Source: Candidatus Kerfeldbacteria bacterium
GTDB lineage: Bacteria; Patescibacteriota; Patescibacteriia; SBBC01; CAIJZX01
Reading direction: 5' to 3'
Length of the DNA: 64,000 nt
Assembly (NCBI GenBank): GCA_963731735.1
Contig: CAVSWO010000002.1
Coordinates: 64,529 to 128,528 of the forward strand
Of this stretch, positions 48,166 to 58,415 are shown one piece after another. How positions within the stretch are numbered: the stretch's first letter is position 1; each line of letters starts with the position of its first letter. The notes beneath the pieces are model-generated. The model worked only from the letters and a program-made list of their open reading frames with translations, ran no database searches and had not been told where the DNA came from. A program made the position numbers and the translations under genes.

Positions 48166-48396
48166 ACTGTGGATTATAGCATTTTTTTTCCGGTCGCGCA
48201 GTCAAGTGGTTGGCCGCTTAATCCTTCAAGTCCCCACGTTCTCGGAATACCAAAAGATTGCACAAACAGTAGTGTCTCGTTGATATTTATGGTCGGCCTT
48301 AAGCTACGATGTTAGAACCATGTTGCTGAGAGCAGGTGCTGCCGCTATTCGTTTCATGTGGCTAGCGAGGGCACTCAAACAACCGATGGGGTTACT

Positions 48397-48972
48397 TTAC
48401 TGCAAATAACCCCCTAGTGATTGCTCGATGTCTTCAACAAGTATCTTGAAGCGCGGCTTGTATTCATCCTCTATGTCGTGATCAACGATAACTTTGTAGT
48501 ACTTGCTTTGAGCCTCTTCGCTTCTGGGTGTTCGTCTTAATTGCACATACATCCAGAGCGACTTAAACAGTTCATTTATATGACCTCGTAAGTCTTCAAC
48601 GGACTTCAACTGATTCTTTCCGATAATCGCTTTGGCCTTGAATAGTTGGCCTTCAAAGTCTGCAAAAGTATCTCCAAGCTTTCTGAATCGTTTTATCCGA
48701 GCGTAAACTTCCACATCTACCTTGTCGGCAGTAGCATCTGGATACTCCTCAACTGGAATAAATGCCTGTCTCACAAAATCAGTTTCTGTTTGCAACTTGT
48801 AAATTATTGTAAGCAAAGAGGCCGCTACTTCGTATTTTGCTTTACCGATAATTTGCTTTCGCCACTGTGCGTACCCAGTAATAGCAAGTACTGCAATAAT
48901 ACCTGCAGTAAAGCTTGAAATTAAATCTCGTACATCAGATAGTGAAGCGCTTTCAATCATATGCGGGTTCAA
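48397..48972 (-). CDS. Hypothetical membrane-anchored protein (191 aa) in an AT-rich islet next to tRNA-Pro
   Basis: ORF in markedly AT-richer DNA. One N-terminal TM helix. No recognised family. Confidence 0.4.
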   Translation of the reverse strand: MNPHMIESASLSDVRDLISSFTAGIIAVLAITGYAQWRKQIIGKAKYEVAASLLTIIYKLQTETDFVRQAFIPVEEYPDATADKVDVEVYARIKRFRKLGDTFADFEGQLFKAKAIIGKNQLKSVEDLRGHINELFKSLWMYVQLRRTPRSEEAQSKYYKVIVDHDIEDEYKPRFKILVEDIEQSLGGYLQ

Positions 48973-49074
48973 ACCTGTCTCTCAGGTGTCGTTAGTATGT
49001 TTGAACTCAAGCCCGATCAATGTTTATCGGGCTGAAGTGTTTGTGTTTTTTTGACCCCTGGCGTACTATGGGGC

Positions 49075-49150
49075 CTCGGGGTATGGCGCAGTTGGTAGCG
49101 CGCATGCATGGGGTGCATGAGGCCGTGGGTTCAAGTCCCGCTACCCCGAC
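49075..49150 (+). tRNA. tRNA-Pro (anticodon GGG)
   Basis: Manual cloverleaf: acceptor CGGGGTA/TACCCCG, D-arm GCGC-AGTTGGTA-GCGC, anticodon stem CATGC/GCATG with loop ATGGGGT, T-arm GTGGG-TTCAAGT-CCCGC, discriminator A, CCA encoded. 76 nt. Confidence 0.8.
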
Positions 49151-49472
49151 CAACCCATTTCGGAAAGTTTTTTTATATGCCGCCTGCCCACCGCGTCCTT
49201 TACGAATGTAAGCGGGCCTGATTCCCGATCCAAACAAAGCATCGGGGCTGCTGCGAAACTTTTCCGACACTCACGTGAAGCGTCTGAATGTTGAGAAGCA
49301 GTCTTTTGGCCGCTGGATGCGCCACAGCCGAATCCCACGGGATTCAGCGATTCAGCACTCCAAGGACAATGTATAGAACAACGATGGTGCAGAGCGACAG
49401 CTGCACTGTACGTCGTTTGGAAATTTTTAGCAAGAAAAAAGTCCGTGGTGTTACCCAAGGACTTTCATCTGA

Positions 49473-49697
49473 TTACGGCCCCGCCAGGGGGACGATCAGG
49501 TGCGCGGCACCCGCCATTACTAACCCTAAGCCAATGACCAAGGGGAAGAGCGCGAATGGGCCGAATCGTCGACCTTGAAACGATACCAGGAGCAAAAATG
49601 CTCCCAAAATCATCAGGCCGTATTGGTTGGTGAAGGCCACCAACGGATCGAGATACGGAGTCGTTTCTATATTGAAACGATCAATTAAGGGTGTCAT
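49473..49697 (-). CDS. Small hydrophobic membrane protein (74 aa)
   Basis: Two predicted TM helices. ORF only. Confidence 0.3.
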   Translation of the reverse strand: MTPLIDRFNIETTPYLDPLVAFTNQYGLMILGAFLLLVSFQGRRFGPFALFPLVIGLGLVMAGAAHLIVPLAGP

Positions 49698-49862
49698 AGC
49701 CTTGGTTGGCTAGTGAGTAAGTATTGGGGATGTCAATGAGCGAAGGAGCTCGGGTGCGGAAGAGAGGGGGGTTGGAGGAAAGGGATGGATTCTACTCCCG
49801 AAGTCGCCGCCTGTCAACCGAACTAAAAAAGAGCCCGGGCGGGCTGGCGGGCGACGTTTGGA

Positions 49863-50321
49863 TTATCCGTTCACGTGCCGGGTTTCGGTTTTTTCGTACG
49901 AATGAAGCTCGTCGGGTTTGAAAAAGCGTTTGAGTTCAGCCGCCGCAGTTTCAGGCGCATCGGAGGCGTGAATCATATTCAAGGTTGGTTGGATTGAAAA
50001 ATCTCCGCGGATCGTACCCGGCGGCGCTTCAAAACCTTTGGTCGGACCAATCATGGTTCGCACCACACTGACCGCCTGCGGCCCTTCCAAGGCGATGGCG
50101 ATCACCGGCGTAGATTTCATAAACGCTTTGAGATCTTTGAAAAATCCCTTATCGGCATGGTGGGCGTAGTGCTCATCCAAGATGGCATCATCCAGCTGCG
50201 CCATCTTCATGCCGACAATTTGAAATCCTTTGCGCTCAAAACGATGCACGATCTCGCCGATGTATCCGCGCTGGATCGCATCCGGTTTAATCAGGACTAC
50301 TGTTCGTTCAACTTCAGCCAT
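49863..50321 (-). CDS. ndk: Nucleoside diphosphate kinase
   Basis: 152 aa. TVVLIKPDAIQRGYIGEI. Catalytic His in the NMIHASD block. Confidence 0.85.
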   Translation of the reverse strand: MAEVERTVVLIKPDAIQRGYIGEIVHRFERKGFQIVGMKMAQLDDAILDEHYAHHADKGFFKDLKAFMKSTPVIAIALEGPQAVSVVRTMIGPTKGFEAPPGTIRGDFSIQPTLNMIHASDAPETAAAELKRFFKPDELHSYEKTETRHVNG

Positions 50322-50322
50322 A

Positions 50323-50706
50323 TTATTTTTGCTTCAACACGTCCCGAACTTTATTAACGACTTCGGCCGGGGTGTGGTTGGCTTTGACAAAATAATCCGT
50401 GGCGCCAAGTTCTTTGCCCTTCTTAATATCTTCGTCCTGACCCAAGTTGGTCAGCAAAATTACCGGCGTGTCTTTGGTCGCCTCATCGTTCCGCAATTTC
50501 TGCAACACCGCAAAGCCATCTAACTTTGGCATGATGATATCCAGTAAAATAATATCCGGTTTGACGTCCTTGGCCATCTCGTATCCGGCGGCGCCATCGT
50601 AGGCTTTATTGGTCTTAAAGCCTTCCATGGTAAATTTGGTGGCGTACATATCAGCCAGCATTTTTTCATCTTCGACCAGGAGTACGGAGGTCTGTTTTTC
50701 AGTCAT
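50323..50706 (-). CDS. Single-domain response regulator (CheY-like receiver)
   Basis: 127 aa. VLLVEDE, phospho-acceptor Asp in ILLDIIMP, and a conserved Lys in GATDYFVKAN. Confidence 0.8.
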   Translation of the reverse strand: MTEKQTSVLLVEDEKMLADMYATKFTMEGFKTNKAYDGAAGYEMAKDVKPDIILLDIIMPKLDGFAVLQKLRNDEATKDTPVILLTNLGQDEDIKKGKELGATDYFVKANHTPAEVVNKVRDVLKQK

Positions 50707-50737
50707 AGGGAAAGGATAGCAGTATTTTGGCGGGTTT

Positions 50738-52192
50738 TCAAGCGGCTGGGCGTTGGGTGTGCCAATCGGTTACCGCTTGGTAGGCCTGGCCGATTTGGAA
50801 CAACCGGCTCTCGTTCCAAGCCCGAGTCATCAGTTGAAAGCCGACCGGCAGACCGTCAATGAATCCGGCCGGCAGCGACATGGCCGGGATACCTGCCAAG
50901 TTTGCCGGCACGGTATATAAATCGGCCAAGTACATAGTTAGCGGGTCCTGGGTTTTTGAACCACGGGCGAAGGGGGTGCTGGGCGTGGTTGGGGTTAACA
51001 GCACATCAACCTGGTCAAAGGCCTGGTGTAACTCTTCGGTGATGATACTGCGAACCAAGTTAGCGCGGTGATAATAGGCGTCGGCGTAACCGGCCGATAA
51101 ACTGAACGTTCCGAGCATAATTCGGCGCTTGGTCTCGGGTCCGAATCCGGCGGCTCGAGTATGGCGATATATCTCTTCCAAGCTAGATCCGTCACGCACC
51201 GATAATCCGTAGCGGATGCCATCGAAGCGGGCTAGGTTCGAACTGGCTTCGGCCGGTTGCAGTACATAATACGTCGCCAAGGCATCAGCCGCGTGCGGAA
51301 CGTGGACCTCAACCAGCCTGGCGCCCAGTTTTTCATATTCGGCCGCGGCCGCTCGGACTATTTTTTCAACCTTCGGATCTAAGCCTTGACCAAAAAATTC
51401 AACTGGTAATCCAATCCGGATATTATTCAACGGTTGATTGATGGCGACCAGTGGATCATCCACGGCTTCGCGGCTGGAAGTCATGTCACAATCATCCTGG
51501 CCGGCCATGGCCTGATAGACGCGGGCCGCGTCGTCTACCCGCCGACTGAACGGTCCGATTTGGTCAAGCGAAGAAGCGAGCGCTATCAATCCATACCGGG
51601 AAACGCGACCGTACGTAGGCTTCATGCCTACCACGCCGCAAAAAGCCGCCGGCTGACGAATCGAACCGCCCGTATCTGATCCAATCGCCACCGGCGCTAG
51701 ATCGGCGGCCACGGCCGCAGCCGAACCTCCCGAGGATCCGCCCGGCACCATCGCCGGGTTCCAAGGATTTTTTGTTTCACCCAGGGCTGAATTTTCCGTC
51801 GAAGTACCCATCGCGAATTCATCCATATTCGTTTTGCCCAGGACGATCGCACCGGCCGCTTGCAATCGGGCCACCGCCGTCGCGGTGTAGACTGCGGTAT
51901 ACTGCGCTAAAATTTTCGAGGCCGCGGTCGTGACTTCCCCTTGCATCAGTAAATTATCTTTGACGGCTATCGGAATACCTTCCAACGGACGGAGTGGCAG
52001 TCCATCCGCCAGCCGAGCGTCAACCGCTTGAGCTTCCTGAGCCGCCGTTTCGCGGATTCGTAAATAAGCCCCGATAGTCTTATCGGTTGTCTGGATACGT
52101 TCCAAATAGGCTTGGACCACATCGCCGCACGACCAGTCTTTCCGTTGGTAGCCTTGCTGCAATTCCTGAATGGAGGCTTCGGTTGGGTTCAT
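50738..52192 (-). CDS. gatA: Glutamyl-tRNA(Gln)/aspartyl-tRNA(Asn) amidotransferase subunit A
   Basis: Amidase signature GGSSGGSAAAVAA, Ser-cisSer-Lys triad context. The start is taken at Met9 (52192), overlapping the gatC stop. Confidence 0.9.
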   Translation of the reverse strand: MNPTEASIQELQQGYQRKDWSCGDVVQAYLERIQTTDKTIGAYLRIRETAAQEAQAVDARLADGLPLRPLEGIPIAVKDNLLMQGEVTTAASKILAQYTAVYTATAVARLQAAGAIVLGKTNMDEFAMGTSTENSALGETKNPWNPAMVPGGSSGGSAAAVAADLAPVAIGSDTGGSIRQPAAFCGVVGMKPTYGRVSRYGLIALASSLDQIGPFSRRVDDAARVYQAMAGQDDCDMTSSREAVDDPLVAINQPLNNIRIGLPVEFFGQGLDPKVEKIVRAAAAEYEKLGARLVEVHVPHAADALATYYVLQPAEASSNLARFDGIRYGLSVRDGSSLEEIYRHTRAAGFGPETKRRIMLGTFSLSAGYADAYYHRANLVRSIITEELHQAFDQVDVLLTPTTPSTPFARGSKTQDPLTMYLADLYTVPANLAGIPAMSLPAGFIDGLPVGFQLMTRAWNESRLFQIGQAYQAVTDWHTQRPAA

Positions 52193-52467
52193 GCAAAGAC
52201 CGCCTTGACTTTCCAAAAATCATCCTGCCGTTCAGGCGCCTCCGATAAAATCCGGTCCACTACCCGACTGACGGCGGCCTGGTCGGGACGGAGCTGAGCG
52301 GCCGGTCGGTCGATCGCCCCGGGATTAATCGCCTCGACTTTTTGCAGCTGACCCACGTAATCCAAAATTTTTTCGATTTGATTCGGAAAGGCTTGCGTTT
52401 CGTCGGAAGTCAGCTCGAGTCGAGCCAAGGCGGCTAAATTCGAGACGTCGGGTACAGCTGAGGACAT
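52189..52467 (-). CDS. gatC: Glu/Asp-tRNA amidotransferase subunit C
   Basis: 93 aa from the internal Met. VSNLAALARLELTSDE...ILDYVGQL is typical GatC. The upstream 75 codons of the track ORF are unsupported. Confidence 0.8.
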   Translation of the reverse strand: MSSAVPDVSNLAALARLELTSDETQAFPNQIEKILDYVGQLQKVEAINPGAIDRPAAQLRPDQAAVSRVVDRILSEAPERQDDFWKVKAVFA

Positions 52468-52708
52468 GCCCGTATGGTACCAGGCGCGTGGCCGGTTGAC
52501 AATCGTCCGAACCTGCCGCAGACTAGAGGCGCTCTTCAAATCTTCGGTGCGGTACCGACAGTTGGGACTGGAAGTGGGGACCTCCTCCCGATTGTACGGG
52601 TGCTGGGCTGCACCCAGGGCCGCACCGAGCTTGGCCCGCCTCTTGCGTTGGATACTCCGGTCTTCGCCTTCGTGCGACACCAGGGGGTCCACGGAGGCGG
52701 GCTTTTTC

Positions 52709-54739
52709 TTACCGGTTGAGAAGTTTTTGCAAGGCCGCTTCGGTCAACACCGGGACATTGAGCGAACGAGCCTTGGCCAATTTTGATCCCGGCGCTTCAC
52801 CGGCCACCAAATAGCTGGTTTTTTTTGAAACGCTGTTGACCACTTTGCCGCCGGCTTCGCGTATCGCCTGGTGCGCTTGTTCCCGCGTCATGCTGGCCAA
52901 GCTCCCAGTCACCACCACAGACTTTCCCTGTAAGGGTCCGCCCTGGGCAGCGGCGACCCGCGTACCGCTGACTTGTTTCGCTAAATTACGAACCAGGGCT
53001 CGATGGTCTGGGTCAGCAAAGAATTCAGCGATACTGGCCGCCACCACATCCCCAATATCATTCAGGCGCTCCAAGTTTTCGGGTTTGGCCGTTTGCAGCG
53101 CTGACAGAGTACCGAAATGCTGGGCCAAGGTCCGGGCGGTTTCTTCGCCGACGTGACGGATACCTAGGGCGAAAATAAGTCGATTGAGCGGAACGTGGCG
53201 ACGGGCTTGAATAGCCGCGATAACTTTGGCTGATTTTTTATCGGCAAAAAGCGGCAATCCGACCAGATCGGATTCGGTGAGGGTAAATAAATCCGCCGGC
53301 TGTTGCACCAGCCGTTCGTCGACCAGCATGTCAATCGTGCTTGGTCCGAGGCCGTCAATGTCCAAGCCGTGTTTGGATACAAAGTGGTAAAGACGCTCGC
53401 GGTGTTGGGCCGGACAATCACGATTCACGCAGTAAGTAATTGCCTCCCCGGCTTTGCGCTTGACCGGTTGGTGACAAACCGGACAGCGGGTCGGCATCGT
53501 CCAGGCCTGCGTGTGCGCCGGTCGTAAATCGGGTAAGACTTTCATCACCTCGGGAATAATATCGCCGGCCTTTTGAATAATGACGGTATCTCCCACCCGA
53601 ACATCCAAGCGCTGAATTTCATCCGCGTTATGTAAGGTCGCGCGCGCGACGGTCGTACCGGCGATTTGGACCGGCCGTAAATGCGCGACCGGCGTCAGGG
53701 CTCCGGTCCGGCCAACCTGCACATCTATCGCTTCTACGACGGTGGTGGCCTGCTCGGCGGAAAATTTCCAAGCCACGGCCGCTCGCGGCGTCTTGCCGAC
53801 GAAGCCGAGTGTCTGACTGAGTTTGCGCTGATTGAGCTTGACCACCACGCCGTCGATCCAAAACGGAAGTTGCTGGCGCTTCTGTTCGGTTTGGAGATAG
53901 AAGCGTTGAATTTTTTCAAGATTTGCAGAGACCGCTGTCAGGGGATTTACCCGCAGGCCAAATTGTTTGAGTAACGCGTAACTTTCTTCCAGCGTCGCCT
54001 GGCCGAGGTCAGTCACGAGTTCCCAGGCGTAAAACTGCAAATTGCGGCTGGCGGTGATAGCCGGGTCGAGTTGCCGCAGGCTGCCGGCCGCCACATTGCG
54101 CGGGTTCGCGTAAACCGGTTTGCCGGCTTTTTTCTGTTGGCGATTCAGCGCCTCGAAGTCCGCTTTATGCATGACCACCTCGCCCCGGATTATGACCGTC
54201 CCGGTTTCGACTTGCCGGCGAACGTTTGACGGCAGGCCGCGCGTACGCAACCCTAAGGGAATGGCTTCCATGGTTTTCAGATTGGCGGTGACATCCTCAC
54301 CCACCTGCCCATCACCGCGAGTCGCACCGGATACCAGCAGGCCCTGCCGGTAGGTCAGGCTAATCGCCAGCCCGTCCAACTTTGCATCAACCAGGTACTT
54401 GGTGGTGGCTTCCGGTCGCAGCTTACGCCAGCGCGTATCCCATTCCTGTAATTCTTCAAAGGAAAAAACGTCGGTCAAAGAAAACATCCGGACGGGGTGT
54501 GAAACTTTCTTAAACTCCGGCCGGGCCTGGCCGGCGACACGCTGGGACGGGGAATCCGGAGTGATCAGTTCGGGATACTCGGCTTCAATTTGTTGCAGTT
54601 CGTGTTTGAGTGAGTCAAGGGCCGCTTCGGAAATTTCCTGACGGTCTTCAACGTGCGTCAAGTAACGATGATGATCGATCGTTGCTCGCAATTTCTTGAG
54701 GCGGAGTTCCGCTTCGCGTTTCGTCAGGCTGGGTTTCAT
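52709..54739 (-). CDS. ligA: NAD+-dependent DNA ligase
   Basis: 676 aa. KLDGLA (KxDG adenylation), OB fold, Zn finger (C-x2-C...C-x2-C... CPVCHQ...CVNRDC), HhH, BRCT. Confidence 0.95.
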   Translation of the reverse strand: MKPSLTKREAELRLKKLRATIDHHRYLTHVEDRQEISEAALDSLKHELQQIEAEYPELITPDSPSQRVAGQARPEFKKVSHPVRMFSLTDVFSFEELQEWDTRWRKLRPEATTKYLVDAKLDGLAISLTYRQGLLVSGATRGDGQVGEDVTANLKTMEAIPLGLRTRGLPSNVRRQVETGTVIIRGEVVMHKADFEALNRQQKKAGKPVYANPRNVAAGSLRQLDPAITASRNLQFYAWELVTDLGQATLEESYALLKQFGLRVNPLTAVSANLEKIQRFYLQTEQKRQQLPFWIDGVVVKLNQRKLSQTLGFVGKTPRAAVAWKFSAEQATTVVEAIDVQVGRTGALTPVAHLRPVQIAGTTVARATLHNADEIQRLDVRVGDTVIIQKAGDIIPEVMKVLPDLRPAHTQAWTMPTRCPVCHQPVKRKAGEAITYCVNRDCPAQHRERLYHFVSKHGLDIDGLGPSTIDMLVDERLVQQPADLFTLTESDLVGLPLFADKKSAKVIAAIQARRHVPLNRLIFALGIRHVGEETARTLAQHFGTLSALQTAKPENLERLNDIGDVVAASIAEFFADPDHRALVRNLAKQVSGTRVAAAQGGPLQGKSVVVTGSLASMTREQAHQAIREAGGKVVNSVSKKTSYLVAGEAPGSKLAKARSLNVPVLTEAALQKLLNR

Positions 54740-54754
54740 GCTAGGCTATGGCGT

Positions 54755-55582
54755 ATGCGTTGGATTTGGATAAGTGGCGTGAGTATACTGTTCGGGCTCG
54801 TACTGTGGTGGTTCGGTCGCGGCTGGATGGCCGACCGGTGGTCGGCGGTTGCCGATCGATCACGACAAACGACCGAGCAGTTTTTGGTAATTGGCGACAC
54901 CCACGGCGTCAATCCAATCTACCAACAAATGGTGTCTGAGGTACGTGATCGGCCCTACCGATTTCTGCTGCACCTGGCGGACGCGTCGGAAGACGGTACG
55001 GCGGAGGAGTTTTCGGCGGTCCGGATGCTTGAAGCGCAGCTCCACTTTCCAGTGTACCATACGGTCGGCAACCACGACATTGCCAGCGATCCTACTCGCC
55101 GACTGTTTACGACCGCCTTTCAGCAAGCCGCCTGGGGCAGCTGGACGATCGGATCCGTCCGGTTGATTATCCTTGATAACGCCGACCGCAAAGTCGGTTT
55201 TTCGTCAGACCAACTGGATTGGCTTGAAACCGAATTGGCCAAACCCCATGCGGGTCCCACCATCTTGGCCTATCATCGTCCTTTCGATTTACCGCTCGCC
55301 GATGTACTGGGTGACGATGAAACCGCCGCCTCGCGGGCGACCAATCAACGCTTGGTAGCCATCCTGCAAACCCACCCGGTTGATTACATATTTACTGGCC
55401 ATCTTCATACCTATCTCGAATACACGGTCGCGGGCATCCCGGCCGTGGTCAGCGGGGGTGGCGGCGATCCGGCCCAAGCCGTCCTGGGCGGACCAAAAAA
55501 TAATTTGTTCCACTATTTGATCGTGACCGTCACCGGGCAGAATCTCCAGGTTGACGTTCGGCACATTCAGCTTACGGAATAA
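54755..55582 (+). CDS. Membrane-anchored calcineurin-like metallophosphoesterase
   Basis: Start at the internal Met that avoids overlap with ligA. TM helix, then GDTHG, HLADASEDGT, GNHD, GHLH motifs. Confidence 0.65.
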   Translation: MRWIWISGVSILFGLVLWWFGRGWMADRWSAVADRSRQTTEQFLVIGDTHGVNPIYQQMVSEVRDRPYRFLLHLADASEDGTAEEFSAVRMLEAQLHFPVYHTVGNHDIASDPTRRLFTTAFQQAAWGSWTIGSVRLIILDNADRKVGFSSDQLDWLETELAKPHAGPTILAYHRPFDLPLADVLGDDETAASRATNQRLVAILQTHPVDYIFTGHLHTYLEYTVAGIPAVVSGGGGDPAQAVLGGPKNNLFHYLIVTVTGQNLQVDVRHIQLTE

Positions 55583-56465
55583 TATTGTCTTCCGAAAAAA
55601 CCACGTAGCGCAGTAGACCCGAAACCGGTGGCTGCCAGAAGACGCGGGCGGTTTTAAGCGATTGGACGCGGTTATTACTGCTGCCCGCCTGGCCGGTGCT
55701 GGTCAGCAGGATCCGACTTGGGACTATCGCATTACTGCTGCATGGTGCAGTTTCGTCATCGCAGGGACTGGCAATTACATTCGTTAAATCACCGTTGACA
55801 GCTCTCAGTTGGATGCGATAGCCCAGTAAGCTCCCCCCGGTAAATGATTCAACTTTATCGCTTTGGTTGTTCTTCACATCCGAAAGATTAATATTTTGTC
55901 CGCTGCCCGAATAACTGTTGCCACCTGACTCTTGCAACACAATCCGGTTGCCGAACCCGGTACCGGCAGTCTTATCAATCAGTGTCCAGGTTACTTCTAA
56001 AAGCGCTCCGCACCCGTTGGTCGGGCAAGCCGCCTGCAGGCTAAGTCGATGGGGCGCGGTGTTCGTTCCATACCCGAGGAGGTCAATTTGCACCGTCTTA
56101 CCATTCGGAAGCTCATCGACGCTGATCGGTTGCGCGTCCTCCGCGCCGGTTACGGAGACCGTCGCCGCATCAGATAGTCCATTCAGTGGCGTTGATCCAA
56201 TCGCGGTCTCGCCAACGGTCGTTAGGTAACCTAGGCCAGTCGACCGGCCGGTTTTTATAACGGCCAGACCCCGCTCAATCCCGCTATCAGCAGCCAGTGA
56301 GGCTAGGATAAAATTGTCCAGGTTCCGTGCCTGCGTTATCGTCCGATTGATGATGACCGAAATGGCGATAGTCGAGGCGGTCACGGTCGCCATCAAAATT
56401 AAGGCCAGCAGCATGACAATGGCCGGACGTTCGGACGTAAATTGATGGCCTAGCTTATTGCGCAT
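55572..56465 (-). CDS. Pilus-locus membrane-anchored hypothetical protein (possible minor pilin/PilX-like)
   Basis: N-terminal hydrophobic helix without a canonical GFTLIE prepilin motif. Last gene of the pilin-like run. Confidence 0.4.
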   Translation of the reverse strand: MRNKLGHQFTSERPAIVMLLALILMATVTASTIAISVIINRTITQARNLDNFILASLAADSGIERGLAVIKTGRSTGLGYLTTVGETAIGSTPLNGLSDAATVSVTGAEDAQPISVDELPNGKTVQIDLLGYGTNTAPHRLSLQAACPTNGCGALLEVTWTLIDKTAGTGFGNRIVLQESGGNSYSGSGQNINLSDVKNNQSDKVESFTGGSLLGYRIQLRAVNGDLTNVIASPCDDETAPCSSNAIVPSRILLTSTGQAGSSNNRVQSLKTARVFWQPPVSGLLRYVVFSEDNIIP

Positions 56466-57171
56466 AAATTCGGCTTGTGGCGGTTGTTTGCAGCGTAATA
56501 TCGGCCTGCTCGCCCGGTCCGGTATTGGTTGATCTGGTGTGGAGAGTAATTGTCACCTCTGGTTGCGTTACGGCGTTTTTACAGACGGTGGGTGGGGGTG
56601 TCACATCGGTGGCCACACAGCGCTGATCGAGATAACAAGAGCTATTGTCGGTTCCGACAGTAGTACAAGTGCAAACACCATTAACGTCATAATTACCAGC
56701 CCGGCAGTCCCCGGCTGCCGTCGGGACCGGTCGATAGGGGTTCGATTTTGGAATTATTCGTAAGCCGAAATTCAGGACCTGTAAATCATCCGGCGTTAGT
56801 TGCGTCCCGCCGGTGCAGTTCGAACCGCTGACCGCCGACTGAAAGAGTTTTTGATTTGCCAGGTAGTAACAGGTTGAGCTGTTATCACTGTTGCGAACCG
56901 CCAGCTCTCGCGGAACGTAATTAGGATTAGTCGACATTGTATTGGCATCATAATAGGTATAGTCGATGGAACCCAATCGGACGCTGCGGGCCAAGGATTC
57001 CAAGACATAGCGTCCGTCAGCCGCCACCCGTTGCCGAGCCAAGATGCCGCGTTGGTAGGCCTGGATATTCGTAAAGGCGGTGGTGCCGACCAGAAAGATA
57101 ATCGAAAAAACCGCCGTTACAACTAACAGTTCAATCAGGGTAAAGCCGGCGCGATGGTTATTGCCAATCAT
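56455..57171 (-). CDS. Type IV pilin-like protein (minor pilin)
   Basis: Class III signal GFTLIELLVV at the N-terminus. Cys-rich C-terminal domain. Confidence 0.7.
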   Translation of the reverse strand: MIGNNHRAGFTLIELLVVTAVFSIIFLVGTTAFTNIQAYQRGILARQRVAADGRYVLESLARSVRLGSIDYTYYDANTMSTNPNYVPRELAVRNSDNSSTCYYLANQKLFQSAVSGSNCTGGTQLTPDDLQVLNFGLRIIPKSNPYRPVPTAAGDCRAGNYDVNGVCTCTTVGTDNSSCYLDQRCVATDVTPPPTVCKNAVTQPEVTITLHTRSTNTGPGEQADITLQTTATSRIYAQ

Positions 57172-57222
57172 AGAGACGTTCTTGAGCGGTTATCGATTTA
57201 TTGCCGGTTCGATCGGTCCAGG

Positions 57223-57792
57223 TTACTTTTGAGGCAACATCCAGATAGGTGATGGTACGACTTGAATCTGGATCGGCAAGTATTTGATCGTTCGGGTACC
57301 GATTTGATCGTAATCGTCCGCTGATAACGCGAAGGGGTGCAACCTGGACAGGGCGTGTCTGCCAGGACGTACGTTGCGTGAATACCTGGTGATCGATCTC
57401 GGATCATAGTAAATTCGGGTGTCTGCGGTATCCGTTTTAAGTTCCCAGCCGGTTGATTTCAAGACTGCAACATAAATTCCGGTCCCATCGCCAAGCGGAA
57501 TGTATCCGTCATCGATCCTTCCGGTGTCATCCCATTTAGTGGTTGTCCTGTTATTAGGGTCCGTCGGATGAATATCAGCCACGTTCTGGTCGCGGCGAAT
57601 CCAGTTACTGTCACGAATGCCGCGAACTATTTCAATTCCTTCACGCGCAAAATTAGCGGCTTCGACCCGACTTTGGGTGACCCGGCCGGCGGTAATCGTT
57701 GACACAATCAGGGTCATCGACCCGACCACGGCCGCAATGATCACGCCGATGGCGATCACCATTTCTAGGAAGGTTTGACCGGAGCGGTGCAT
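57223..57792 (-). CDS. Type IV pilin-like protein (minor pilin)
   Basis: Prepilin motif GQTFLEMVIAIGVII after the internal Met (MHRSGQ...). The track ORF's N-terminal 23 codons overlap the upstream gene. Confidence 0.6.
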   Translation of the reverse strand: MHRSGQTFLEMVIAIGVIIAAVVGSMTLIVSTITAGRVTQSRVEAANFAREGIEIVRGIRDSNWIRRDQNVADIHPTDPNNRTTTKWDDTGRIDDGYIPLGDGTGIYVAVLKSTGWELKTDTADTRIYYDPRSITRYSRNVRPGRHALSRLHPFALSADDYDQIGTRTIKYLPIQIQVVPSPIWMLPQK

Positions 57793-58415
57793 TAGGGGCA
57801 AGTGGCTAATTGACGGCGATTGACCGTGCCGGAATCGCCGATGATGCTTATACTGTAGCACAAATTCGCCTTGGTTTGCTTGAAGGTGATGGTGGCTTTG
57901 GAGGTATTAGGATTAGCTAGCGGTAAAAAGGTCAGCACCACATTCCCGTTCGGGACTTGATACACGGCGTGCACGACCGAGGCAACGTTGTCGTCACCAT
58001 CCGTAATCCCGACTACTTCAACATCCTGTGGCAGAGCTTTCAGCGCAATGGTCGAATCGTTAGTGTCCCAACTATTGGCGGTATCCCCCGGCAGATCGGC
58101 AAACATCATGTAGTTGAGTTTATAGACTGGGTTCGTAGCGGACGGGCTGGATCCAACCCGAAACCACATTCCATATCCGGCTGGCAAGGATGCACCAGTC
58201 AACACACCTGACTGCGCATTGGATTGCATGTCCTGCAGGTCGATTTGGGCTTGAGCCACCGCCGCTTTGACCGAATCCCGTTCGCGTTGATTCGCAAAAG
58301 ACACAAAGACAATCGAGGTTAGAATCCCAATAATCGCGATGCTCACCAATAGCTCAACCAGGGTGAAACCGGGTTTGGAGTTAGCGGAAAATCGCATGCG
58401 CAAAATACCAATCAA
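57792..58415 (-). CDS. Type IV pilin-like protein (minor pilin)
   Basis: KPGFTLVELLVSIAIIGIL is a prepilin N-terminus. The start is probably Met7 (58397). Confidence 0.7.
   Translation of the reverse strand: MIGILRMRFSANSKPGFTLVELLVSIAIIGILTSIVFVSFANQRERDSVKAAVAQAQIDLQDMQSNAQSGVLTGASLPAGYGMWFRVGSSPSATNPVYKLNYMMFADLPGDTANSWDTNDSTIALKALPQDVEVVGITDGDDNVASVVHAVYQVPNGNVVLTFLPLANPNTSKATITFKQTKANLCYSISIIGDSGTVNRRQLATCP

Noticed and set aside
52468-52692. N-terminal 75 codons of the GatC ORF
   Set aside because: GatC is about 95 aa, and the conserved sequence starts at the internal Met. The extension is a GC-rich artefact (see finding on the intergenic region).
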